This document shows positions 26,812 through 39,400 of a DNA stretch of 64,000 bases, piece by piece. The notes under the pieces are model-generated. The model worked only from the letters and a program-made list of their open reading frames with translations, ran no database searches and was not told where the DNA came from. Position 1 is the first letter of the stretch; every line of letters begins with the position of its first letter. A program made the position numbers and the translations under genes. The DNA is from Octopus vulgaris (Eukaryota): NCBI GenBank assembly GCA_951406725.2, contig OX597824.1, forward strand, positions 83,452,001 to 83,516,000. The letters run 5' to 3'.

Positions 26812-27579
26812 TTTCAATGCTGCAAGAGAAAGACCTCACAGGGCAGCATCCACTTCAATCCAGTCAACAGACTATCACTGTGACATCTGTGGGCACCTGT
26901 GTGTTTCCAGGTTTGGATTGCAGAATTACATATGCTCTCATCGCTGAGAACACAGACTTTATCATCATCAGGCACTGATGGACTAACTATCAATGTTCAT
27001 CTGTTGTTGTTGACGATGGCACTTATCAAATTATATCTACATATATATATATTAATCGAAGTGTACAGTATTATATAGCCATTACAGCTGATCTTACCAA
27101 TCAGTTTCGCACCAGGGGTTATACAGAGTGTTAGGTAACAGTCAGATTATGTAACCTTGCGCTCTTCAGAGGTAACCATTATGGAATGAAGTATGACAAC
27201 TGCTCTCTATTGTTAGAGGTGAATAAGCACATCCGGCTTATGGTTGCTGTGAAAAAGATGAAACGAATCAAGCAGGTGATTAAGTTAAGAGTTATGTCCT
27301 TTCAACTTTTGTCACAACCCTTGTCAACTTGCAACAAAACCACCTCCAGAGTTGATGGTTTTGCACCAGCATAGCTGCAGTCCAATGACTGAAATAAGTA
27401 AAAGATAAAAGATAAAAAGAATGCAATTTCTTTATTTCCAAAATATTGCATTGATTTGTACAATTACTGTAAATCTATTTTGATTTTAATCAGTAAATGT
27501 TTCCCTTGTCTATGATAGTGTTTAGGAATATACTATATTCTTCGAATTTTGTTGCTGTTTGGAACTGCAAAGCACACAT
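22810..27579 (-). CDS. candidate spliced 63-aa small protein (exons 27579-27534, 25627-25508, 22835-22810)
   Basis: three AG acceptors (two with strong pyrimidine tracts) join in frame: [63 protein letters not shown]-stop; the donors (gtatat, gtatta) are weak; no family recognised. Confidence 0.45.
23140..23800 (-). mobile_element. mariner transposase relic
   Basis: VTGDEK...[10 protein letters not shown]...FHQDNA...HPPYSPNL...[12 protein letters not shown]...[15 protein letters not shown], with stops and frameshifts. Confidence 0.9.
23824..24200. repeat. compound (ACC/ACT/ACA)n trinucleotide minisatellite
   Basis: repeating accacaaccaccaccactactaccactg blocks. Confidence 0.9.
27091..27173 (-). 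ncRNA. type I hammerhead ribozyme motif, partly degenerate
   Basis: on the - strand: acct CTGAAGA gcgc..ggtta...taacc..gtgc GAAAC tgattg GTA agat; one mismatch in stem I. Confidence 0.55.
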
Positions 27580-28071
27580 TTCTGGAAAAAGATGAAGAAA
27601 TATGTTTGGTAAAGTGAATGTGATGCAGTAGAAATAATGAAAGAGTTGGCAGAATCGTTAGCAAGCTGGGCGAAATGCTTAGCAGTATTTCGTCTGCCTC
27701 TCCGTTCTGAGTTCAAATTCCGCCAAGGTTGACTTTGCCATTCATCCTTTCAGGGTCGATACATTAAGTACCAGTTACACACTGGGGTCGATATAATCGA
27801 CTTAATCCGTTTGTCCGTCCTTGTTTGTCTCCTCTATGTTTAGCCCCTTGTGGGCAATAAAGAGATAAGAAATGATGAAAGAAGGACGTGACAGCGCAAT
27901 GGCTTAGCGTGAGGTGGAGAGAGCACAGAACAGTTTGGTTTGGTAAACCAGAGGAATAAATGACACAATTGCAATTGCAAAAATGAGAGACAGAATGGTT
28001 AGCATGTCTGTGAACCAATGTGTAACTGAATGAATCTTTGGTAATCCAGTCAAAGAATTGGTATATTTTTC

Positions 28072-28521
28072 AACCCTTTAGCATTCAGCTTATTCTGTCA
28101 AATGTAATGCTTATTTGAACACATTGTTTTCAATTAACCCTTTTGTTACCAACCTGGCCAAAACTGGCTCTGGCTCTGTAGTACAAATGTCTTGTTTCCA
28201 TAAGTTTTGCATTAAAATCTTCCACCAAACTTTAGTCACAATTTATGTTCCTAACACTAGCTTAATGATAACTAAGTTATTTTACTACATTTTTTTCTTA
28301 TATTTAAAATAATTGAAAGAAACACAGGGCATCTCAAAATAAATACAGTAACGAAAGGGTTACTCAAGCATTATCTTGCAGCTTCAAGAATCTGACGAAG
28401 TGAATTTGGCGATGTGAATTTGACAATGTGAATTTGACGATATGAATTTGACAGTGTGAAATGACTTTGTAGAGTAGGTGAGGAAGGCCAGATTTGGACA
28501 GTTTAAATGTTAAAGGGTTAT
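28072..28521. mobile_element. piggyBac-type MITE (family B) containing a nested family A MITE
   Basis: aaCCCTTTAGCATT...AATGTTAAAGGGttat; other copies at about 5560-5775, 16300-16530, 29532-30486 and 32602-32770. Confidence 0.7.
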
Positions 28522-28722
28522 AACAGCCTAAGGTATGTATTTGTGTGTGCAACAGCGATACTGTAGCAGGTAAAATAAGGGCACTGCTTCTTTAATATGG
28601 ACCTTACTTAAGAATTGACAGGTTCAACAACTTATCAGGGCTGAAATGTTTCCTGCCTGTAAACAGGAAGCTGAATTTTCAGGATGAAGTCTGAGGTGTT
28701 TGTGTATGTGGCAGCACTGTTT

Positions 28723-28768
<46 letters not shown>

Positions 28769-28815
28769 CACACACACAAATTCCAGAAACTGTCCAAATT
28801 CCAAATGTCTCCAAT

Positions 28816-29018
28816 TCATTTCTTGAGAATGCCTGCACACATATTTCGATAGTATTCGATCGGTTTAAGAACCTTGTTGGGATCTTTTCCTTCTTCATCC
28901 CACTTCCTGGCTTGGATTATCAGGTCGAACATTGGCTGCCGTTCAAATTCCCCAGCTTCTTCTTCCGACATAACGCCGCCTTGCAGTTGCAGAGTCTGTT
29001 TACTAGCCTCAGTCAATG
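28816..29018 (-). CDS. phnZ: PhnZ-like HD-domain oxygenase, coding exon 3
   Basis: tttcccag|(S)LTEASKQTLQLQGGVM...RKWDEEGKDP...GILKK-TGA; total 153+226+203 = 582 nt = 193 aa plus stop. Confidence 0.92.
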
Positions 29019-29084
29019 CTGGGAAATTTAAAAAAAAAAAGAACAAAAGGTGTGGAAATTACAATTCAACTGATACAAATGGAA

Positions 29085-29150
<66 letters not shown>

Positions 29151-29178
29151 CAGCAGCAGCAGCAGCAATAGTAGTAGC

Positions 29179-29216
<38 letters not shown>

Positions 29217-30269
29217 CAGCAGCAGCAGCAGCAGCAACAGTAGTAACAACAGTAATACCAGTTTATCCCACTGAGCCCCAGTTGGACCTCATTCAACCAT
29301 GACCATCCTAACTTTTTATCAGACATAGAGTGACAGAGACTACTGTATATTTATCCAGTATATCTCTTCATCTTCAAAGATGCTAGCATATGATTTAGGG
29401 AAAATTTGACTGCTATTTCCAACAGGTCAATGACCACATAATTCCTTTCATTTACTCAGGAAAGCCAAGTTTATTTTTATACATTTCAAGTTTAATTTTC
29501 GTTCATTTCCAATTCTGCACTCATATGTCCCTTAACCCTTAAGTATTCAGGTTACCCTCTCAAATGTAATGCCTATTTATTCACATCATTTTGAATTAAC
29601 CCTTTTGTTACAAACCTGGCTCTGGCTCTGAGTACAAATGCCTTGTTTTCAGAAGTTTTGAATTAAAATCTTCCACACAATTTATGTTCCTAATACTAGC
29701 TGAATAATAACTAAGTTATTTTACTAAATTCTTTGTTATATTTAAAGTAATTGAAAGAAACACAGAGCATCTCAACAGAAGTATGGTAACAAAAGGGTTA
29801 ATCATGTATTGTCTTGTACCTTTGAGTTTCTGATGATATAATTGTTATTTCTAGAATGGCACTGTAGGGTAAATGTGACAGCACAATGGCTTAGCATGAG
29901 GTGGAGAGAGCACAGAACAGTTTGGTTTGGTAAACCAGAGGAATAAATGACACAATTGTAATGAGAGATAGAATGGTTAGAATATCTGTGAACCAATGTG
30001 TGACTGAATGAATCTTTGGTAATCCAGTCTTGTTCGATTGAACATAACTCTCTCTCTTTTCTCTTTTACTTGTTTCAGTCATTTGACTGCGGCCATGCTG
30101 GAGCACTGCCTTTTAGTCGAGCAAATCGACCCCGGGACTTATTCTTTGTAAGTCCAGTACTTATTCTATCGGTCTCTTTTTGCCGAACCGCTAAGTGACG
30201 GGGATGTAAACACACCAGCATCGGTTGTCAAGCGATGGTGGGGGGGGGGGGACAAACACACAGACATAT

Positions 30270-30300
<31 letters not shown>

Positions 30301-30713
30301 CATATATACGACAGGCTTCTTTCAGTTTCCGTCTACCAAATTCACTCACAAGGCATTGGTCGGCCCGAGGCTATAGCAGAAGACTCTTGCCCAAGATGCC
30401 ACGCAGTGGGACTGAACCTGGAACCATGTGGTTGGTAAGCAAATAGGTAGAATATATTTTGGCTGGATTGAATGTTAAAGGGTTAAGCAAAAACAAAAGT
30501 CATCATTTTAAAATCGTATCTTCATCACCTAAACACTGTGGCCATGTGGCTTGCTTCCCAACCATATGATTCCATGTTCAGCCCCACAGAGTGGTAACTT
30601 GGGCAAGTATCTTTACTATAGACTCAGGCCAACCAAAGCCTTGTGAGTGGATTGGTTAGAGAGAAACTGAAAGAAGCTCATCATATATATAGTTGTGTGT
30701 GTGTGTGTGTGTT

Positions 30714-30779
<66 letters not shown>

Positions 30780-31342
30780 TGAGTTTGTCCCTTCTGCCAT
30801 CACTTCACAACTGATTCTGGTGTGTTTCTGTCCCAGTAACTTAGCAGTTTGGCAAAAGAGGTCCATAGAATAAAGTACCAGGCTTGCAAGGAATAAGTAC
30901 TGGGGTTGATTTCTTTGACTAAAACTTTTTAAAGAGGTGCTCCAGCATGGCCACATACATGCCTACATAATACAACATACATACATACATACATACATAC
31001 ATAAATAAATAAATAAATAAAATATTCACACCTTTGATCAGAGACATTCCAACCTTGATCATTCTACCTTTCTGCTAGGCACAGTATGCTTAGACACAAG
31101 TGTTCTTTTCTAAGGTGGCAGAATGTATTCAGAGGGAGATTTGGTAGCTATTTCTCAGAGACCAAAATGACTATGTAAAGACTCCTTCATTGGTTCATAC
31201 CATATATTACTTTATATGGCAAAGTGCAAGTTATGAGAAATTTAGCTGGTATTTCTAGCAGGTTGAGTGGCTATGTACATTCTACCTCATCGACTCATAA
31301 AAGATCATTTTAAACAGAAAGGTCACATTAGAAGCTACTCAC

Positions 31343-31568
31343 ACTCATAATAGGATTTATTCTTGAAAACAAGATATCGCTTGGCATTCACATGGTGTCT
31401 GGTAATGTTGCAAATGATGGGAGAGAAATTCCTGGCTTCCAGATACTCTGCTGCGATTTTTTCATGATTTGATGTCCCCAAGACAACACCATCAACAATC
31501 ATTAGATTCTGCTTCCCTTCCATTTGCAGGAAATGTCCAAAGTCATGGAAGAATGCTCCAAGAATGAC
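31343..31568 (-). CDS. phnZ: PhnZ-like HD-domain oxygenase, coding exon 2
   Basis: gtttcag|VILGAFFHDFGH...NHEKIAAEYL...RHHVNAKRYL...YYE|gtgagt; HD dyad and HVxAKRYL motif; phase 0 to 1. Confidence 0.92.
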
Positions 31569-31919
31569 CTGAAACACATAGTAAGGCATAGAACATAACC
31601 AATAATTCCAAAACATATGCTAAGTTTTTTGCTTCCATTCCTCTTTGACCACCCCTACCAAGGAACTCTTCATCAAAATAACAAAATGAAATGCTGAGTA
31701 GCAAACTGCTTGTAAGATTGCCAAGCCTGTACAGTTATACAAAATACAAAACTCCCAGAACTTGCAGTTTCGTGAATGGTCTGCAACAGGGGTACATCTC
31801 ACCCCCGCTTTTCAAACAATATATATTTGACACTTTTTGCATTGTCCCTATTGTTGCAAAGCATATACAGATGACATCACACTCACATTTTTCCGCCATC
31901 CTTCAGGCAGTGTTGCACA

Positions 31920-31984
<65 letters not shown>

Positions 31985-34011
31985 CACCACTGCACCACCA
32001 CCACTACTTCACCTCTGATGTCATGACCACTACCACCACTGCTACTGTTGCAGTTGCCACCATCCGAACATGGCCGATGCCAGCGCCGCATTGACTGGTG
32101 TCTGTGCAAGTGGCATGTAACAAGCACCAACCGATCATGGCCGTTGCCAGCCTCCTCTGCCCTTGTGCTGGTGGCATGTAAAAAGCACCCACTACACTCA
32201 CGGGGTTGTTGGCATTAGGAAGGGCATCCAGCTGTAGAAACACTGCCAGATCAGACTGGAGTCTGGTGCAGCCTCCTGTCTTCCCAGACCCCGGTCAAAC
32301 CATCCAACCCATGCTAGCATGGAAAATGGACGTTAAATGATGATGATGATCATCATCATCATCATCAGTGAACATGAAATACAGCTAACCATCATATTCA
32401 ACAACAAAAACATACCTCTCACGCAGGAGAGATCAAAATACCTTGAGTGCCACACATCTTCTCAAAACATTCACAACACACAGAGAAGTTGGGAGTAAAG
32501 AATTTGTCTAGGAAGTCTGCTGTTGTCCATAGTCAAATGTTCATTCTCCATGCTGGACACAAAACAAGTCACTGAGGAGCCTGGCTCCACTGTAGCAGAT
32601 TTAACTCTTTAGCACTTAAACTTGTCATATCTGGGTCAAATATGCTACTTGTATTTGGTTCAAACTGGCCAGATCTGACCTCTTTCACCTACCCTACAAT
32701 GTCATTTTAAAGATAAACAATTGCATCGTTGAATTCTCGAATACGCTTCATAAATTCAAAACAATGTGAGCGATATGCAGTGCTTGAGAAGACCCTTCAA
32801 GCCGAGTGGAACCGTAGTCATGGCTGATGCCAGTGGCATGTAACAGGCACCTGTGCTGGTGCTGCATAAAAAGAACCCTTCAAGTGTTGAGCCTCATGGA
32901 GGTGATAAGTGACCGAGACCTTTGGCATTATGCCATGCTTGAGAAAATCCATCAAACCAAGTGAAATCATTGTTGTGGCCAATGCTGGTGTCAGATAATT
33001 GGCACCCATGCCAGTGGCACATAAAAAGCACCCATTACACTCTTGGAGTGGTTGGTGTTAGGAAGGGCATCCAGTCATAGAAGCCATGCCAAATCAGATT
33101 GAAACCTGGTGCAGCTCTCCAGCTTACCAGTTTCTGTCAAACTGTCTAACTCATGCCAGCATGGAAAGCAGATGCTAAATGATGATGATGACGATTTGGG
33201 AGAGTAATACAAATGTAAAAGGGTTAAAAAAGGATCTTCTAAATCGTGGTGGTGGTGGTGGTGCTGTGACTGCGAAGACCCGACAAATGAAGTGAGTTCA
33301 TGGCTTGCAGGATGGCCTACTGTGCTTATCTTGGATCGTATGGCAACCTGCTATGCTTGAGGAGACCTACTGAGTCAAGTACATCAAAATAAAAATCAAA
33401 TGGAAATTGTAGTTGTGATACCCAAGCCAGTGGCACGTAAAAAGCACCATCCAAACATGGCCGATGCCAGCAACGCTTTGACTGGCATCTGTGCCGGTGG
33501 CATGTAAAAAGCACCAACCGATCATGGCCGTTGCCAGATTCGCCTGGCATCTGTGCCAGTGGCACGTAAAAAGCATCCACTACACTCACAAGAATGGTTG
33601 GCGTTGGAAAGGGCATCCAGCTGTAGAAAACTGCCAGATCAGACTGGAGCCTGGTGCAGCCTCCTGACTTCCAAGACCCTGGTTGAAACATCCAGCCCAT
33701 GCTAGCATGGAAAACGAACGTTAAACGATGATGAGGATGATGATGATCAGTGAACAATGAAATACAGCTAACCATCATATTCAACAACAAAAACATACCT
33801 CTCACACAGGAGAGATTGAAACACTTGGAGTGCCACACAACTTCTCCAAACATTCACAACACACAGAGAATCTGGGAGTAAAGGAGTTGTCTAGGAAGTC
33901 TGCTGTTGTCCATCCTGTGGTCAACAGGATGGACAATACTCTATGGTTGCTAAAGAGCAATAAAATGATGACTTTTTAGCCTAGCAGATGATCTGAAGCT
34001 TTTACTGTAAC

Positions 34012-34063
<52 letters not shown>

Positions 34064-34067
<4 letters not shown>

Positions 34068-34321
34068 AATTATTGTATGCAGTGCTCAGGTGCATCACAA
34101 CTTATCAAAAGTGCGAATAAAGCATATGCAGTAATGTACAAATGTCTGGGAAGTGAACAGTGTATGAGTCAGATACATGCTTGTGTGTGTATGAAAGGGA
34201 GAAAATCAGGTGTAGTGTTGGCGAATATCAGGAAGCATGGAAGTTTTGAAGGATGCAGTGCTCCAACAACTAACAACTGATGCCGGTAGTTTGTTCCATA
34301 CTTCAGCAGCTCTTAGCGTGA
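34064..34321 (-). mobile_element. CR1-type LINE 3' end fragment with (TTA)n tail
   Basis: TLRAAEVWNKLPASVVSCWSTASFKT; other copies at about 12571-12812 and 25743-25912. Confidence 0.7.
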
Positions 34322-34580
34322 TGCATTTTTTCATGCTAAGAGTTGCTGAAGCATGGAACAAACTGCCGGCATCAGTTGTTAGTTGTTGGAGCACTGCATC
34401 CTTCAAAACTTCCATGCTTCCTGAGATTCGCCAATGACATAAATGTCTCTTCTCAGTTAAATGCAATGCAGGATCATGGCATTTTGTATATGTACAGTCA
34501 TGTGTCAGACCATGAACAGAAACGTAACATGTTATATGATTGACAGACATATGCTTTTTTACGTGGCAAAAACGATATAT

Positions 34581-34617
<37 letters not shown>

Positions 34618-34739
34618 GTTGTCTATCTAGAAATATATTTACACATGTCAGTGTGAGTGTATAACAGGTCAACCTCATTATAACACACACACACACACAC
34701 ACACACATATGTATGTATGTATGTATGGATATATATATG

Positions 34740-34774
<35 letters not shown>

Positions 34775-34947
34775 AGATATATGTATGTATAGATATATAT
34801 GTATATGTATGTATATATATATGTATGTATAGATAAATATGTATATATGTATGTATATATATATGTATGTATAGACATATATGTATATATGTATGTATGT
34901 ATATATATGTATGTATAGATATATATGTATATGTATGTATGTGTGTA

Positions 34948-34980
<33 letters not shown>

Positions 34981-35533
34981 TGAGAGAGAGGGGGGGAGCG
35001 AAGAACGCAAACAAGAAGAACAACAGTTTTAAGAGGATTATTTCAATGAGATTAACTCCACCCTTAATCCAGTTTCTTTTTTTTTTATGATTACGTATGG
35101 ATGGCTGGGTGGCTCTGATGATGTGGTTGGTGGATTTTTTTTTTGATGTATGTGTGTGTGTGTCTATTAACCGGACGAGTAATTTTTAAACTGAGCATAA
35201 TCTGATGATGATGATGACGACAATGATGATGATGATATTAGTGGTGATAGTGGTAGTAGTGGCGGTGGTGATGGTGGTGGTACACCAGAGATAGTCACAT
35301 TCATTCTGTTGTGATGTCTATTAGGAAGCTTTCAATGGAAGAGGTGAGGGTTAAATGGTTGTTGCCCTCAGTTGGGTGGTTCTTATATTATGCCTTGCCA
35401 AAGGTATTGCTGCTACTGCTGCTGCTGCTGCTGTTGGTAAATAGTGGTGCCAGCTTATAGCAAGGTAAACAGTACTGTTGATAAGTAATAGTTTTGGTCA
35501 TGGACACAGTATAAAGACCAGTGAGAGGAAGTA

Positions 35534-35810
35534 ATGATGATGATGATGATGATAACGATGTTGATAATCATGTTAATAACGAAGATGTTGATGATGATGA
35601 TGACAATGATGATGATGATAATGATGACAATGTCAATGATGATGATGATGATAGATAATTATGATGATGATAATAATCATGTTGATGATGAAGATGTTGA
35701 TAATGATGATGATGATGACAAATGATGATGATGATAATGATGACAATGGCAACGATGATGACGATGATGGCGATGACGACAATGATAATGATGATGCTGA
35801 TGATGTTGAA
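35534..35810. repeat. degenerate (GAT/AAT)n tract
   Basis: direct inspection. Confidence 0.9.
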
Positions 35811-38089
35811 AATGTCAAGAGGATGACGGTTGGGGTACGGGGGAAATGATAAGAAATTGAAATTTATGGAAATACCATAAAAATCATTGAAGGGAACAAC
35901 AGTTCAATGAGTTGACAATGAGGACGGGGAGTTACTGGATGACTATGCAGTGGGTCACAAGGTCATTTCCTCTCACTGGCCTCTATACTGTGTCCGAGAC
36001 CAAGTCAACTACTGACCAATAGTCTCCTTTCTGTTAGCTGGTATCATAGTGTTTCATTCAAGGAACTACTCTTAAGACCACAAGAGAACTGAGATCCTAA
36101 AACCAATGTGCTACATAAAATGCACTGGTGTAGGTGCTGGTGCTATCTAAAAAGCATTGGTGTTGGGGCTACCTTAAAAAAAAAAAAGCACTAATGCTGG
36201 TGCCACATAAAGAGCACTTGTGCTGGTGCCATGTAAAAAGCACCCAGTACACTTAGTAAAGTGGTTGGTGTTAGGAAGGGCATTCAGCTGCAGAAACCAA
36301 GCCAAAACAGGCTATGAAACCTGGTGTGACCTCTGGCCTTGTCAGTTTCTTATTTCTTTATTGCCCACAAGGGGCTAAACATAGAGGGGACAAACAAAGA
36401 CAGACAAAGGGATTTGGTACTTAATTTATCGACCCTCAAAAGGATGAAAGGCAAAGTTGACCTCAGCGAAATTTGAACTCAGAACATAACGGCAGATGAA
36501 ATACCTATTTCTTTACTACCTACAAGGGGCTAAACACAGAGGGGACAAACAAGGACAGACAAAAAGAATTAAGTCAATTACATCGACACCAGTGCGTAAC
36601 TGGTACTTAATTTATCGACCCAAAAGGATGAAAGGCAAAGTGGACCTCAGCGAAATTTGACTTCAGAACATAACAGCAGACGAAATACCGCTAAGCATTT
36701 CGCCCGGCATGCTAACGTTTCTGCCAGCTTGACACCTTAGTCAGTTTCTGTCAAGCCATCCAACCTATGCCAGTATGAAAAACAGATGTTAAATGCTGCT
36801 GCTGCTGCTGCTGATGATGATGATGATGGTGATGATGATGGTGATGATGATGGTGAAGCTTAGTCCATCTAGTTGTAAACAGTTTACCCACAGTGCGGTA
36901 TGTAGTTCATGACTCCATGATCAAGCTACTTAACTATCAACAATACACTAAGCTGTGAGTAGATCCCATGGTGTGGAATGGTTCATTGTACTGTGTTCAT
37001 GACTACGATATTTAACTGTCAACACCCCAGTCTATCTAGCTGAAAGCAGGTACCACATCATCGTTTAGCGTCCGCTTTCCATGCTAGCATGGGTTGGACG
37101 GTTCAACTGGGGACTGGGAAGCCAGAAGGTTGCACCAGGCCCAGTCCGATCTGGCAATGTTTCTACAGCTGGATGCCCTTCCTAACGCCAACCACTCCAT
37201 GAGTGTAGTGGGTGCTTTTTACGTGCCACCGGCACAGGTGCCAGATGAGGCTGGCAAACAGCCACAATCGAATGGTACTTTTTACGTGCCACTGGCACGG
37301 AGGCCAGTCGGGATGGTGCTGGCAACAGCCACATTCGGATGGTTCTCTTATGTGCCACCGGCACTGGTATCACAGCTACAATTTCCATTGATGTTGATCG
37401 ATTTTGATGGTATAATTAACTGTAATGTGTCCATGACTAAGACACTTAACTGTCCAAAGTTCAGTCCATCTAACTGTAAGTAAGTACCACCACAGTGTGA
37501 CCTCTGACCAAGTTATTTCATTGTCAGCAATCTAGTCCACCTAGATGTAAGTATATAGAATATAATGGTATAGATCACTGTGCTATGTCGATGACTGAGG
37601 CACTTAACTGTCAAGGGGCCATCTAGATGTATGTCTTACAGTGTGTGTAAGACATTTTCTCTTGAACAGGGGAAAATGAAAATATGAACGTTTCAGACAT
37701 GGGCCCTAAATAAACAAATGAGAGTAGCAAAGGAAACAGAGAAGATGTGTTGTTTTAAGGAATGTGTCAGTGAAAAAGGAGGGCATGATATTGGAAGAGA
37801 AGTAGGACAAAAGAGGAACACTGGAAAAGTAAGTAAATAGAAAAGTGATGAAGAGAGAGAGAGAGAGAGAGAAGTATATGAATGAGGAAACAGAGAGACA
37901 AAAATAGAGAGGTAGAAAGATGGAGGGTAGAGAAAGAGGGAAAGAGAGGAGAGAGCAAAAATGTTATCACAGCAGATTATCAAAACCACAAAAGTGGAGA
38001 AAAAATACAGGCTTAAGCGTATTGCTATGTAAATAGGTGAAAGAGTACAAAAATAGGAAAACAAATACAGATAAAACAACCAAAGAGTT

Positions 38090-39400
38090 ATCTTTACATC
38101 AACTATTCAAACAAGGGAATTTTTCGTTTTAGTGTTTATCATTTATTCCATTAAGTAGTATTTAAAATTCATTTAGTTTCTCCAAGCTTCCCTTCAAAAG
38201 AATGAAGCAATCATGTAGAAATCTTTTCCAGTATTCTCTTATATACTGACAAAATTTCTGTAGTTCCTTAACAAATATTGATACAGTGTAATCTCCATAT
38301 ATCTTATAACTAAATTTGCGTAGACTGGAGCTACTTTTGTGACCATTACAATTCTAGATTTTTGTTGGTAATAGTTGGCATCAAACACAAAACAGTTATT
38401 TTGGGAAGTAGATTTGAATTCCTCAATTATTAATTATTTTCTTATGTTCTGGTAATTCTTTCACATCATTTGCCAAACAGAATTTTATTGCTTCTACGTA
38501 TTCCATAGTAGCAAGAGAAGGGATGTTTGTATAAAATTTCACTATATCAAAAAATACGTTAAGTGCTGCAGGATTTGAACTCAGAACTTTATGATTGTGA
38601 GCCAAATACATTAAACACTAAGTCAAGCACCTTCCCACTTTTTGGTACAAGTTTAACAAAATTGTAAGATACATGGTGACCCTGACAGTGTTGGTGCCAT
38701 GTAAAAAGCATCCAGTCCAACTGTAAAGTGGTTGGCACCTGGAAGGGCATCCAGCTGTAAAAATCATGCCAAAACTAACCTCGCCTGTGCTAGTGCCATG
38801 CAAAAAGCACCGAGTCCACTCTGTGGGGTGGTTGGTATTAGGAAGGGTATCCAATTATAAAAACCCTGCCAAAACAGAGTAGCATAGAGAAGTTTTTCTA
38901 CCTGACCAGCTCCTGTGAACTGTCCTACCCATGCATGCATAGAAGATGGATGTTAAACAATGATGGTAATGATAATGATGATGGTGCTCCATCAATTTCT
39001 GTTGGTTATAATTTATAACCCTTCTGTAGTGTACATTGTCTTCTAGCATGGATAAAACAAAATTTTTATAACATTTAGTATTCATATACAATCAATATAT
39101 CTGCACTTCCTTTATCAGCTTCTTTAATTGCCAATGTGTTATCTTTCTTCTGTCATCAGCAGTGATGACGTTTGACTTAAGTCTGGTTATCTACGGCATT
39201 AAGATGGAAAATTCAAAATGCAATCACAAAAATATTCAAGTGTTTTACTCCAAATTTTGGGTGAAGAATCGTTGTTTTTGTTCCTAACAAGCCATTCACC
39301 ATACTTATTATTCTTAGCAAATAATTGTTCTGTGAGTTTCAATTTTCTACAAATTGTGAAATATCATATTTAATTTCATTTTAGACACAGGTGTGGCTGT
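38090..39400 (-). mobile_element. Penelope-like element RT relic, interrupted by younger repeats
   Basis: IKEADKGS...; FDIVKFYTNIP...EAIKFCL; NNCFVFDANYYQQ..IVMVTKVAPVYANLVI (degenerate YxQxxGxAMGxxxAPxxANL). Confidence 0.75.

Noticed and set aside
29028-29326. Poly-Leu, poly-Tyr and poly-Val ORFs
   Set aside because: (AGT)n/(AGC)n microsatellite in PhnZ-like intron 2
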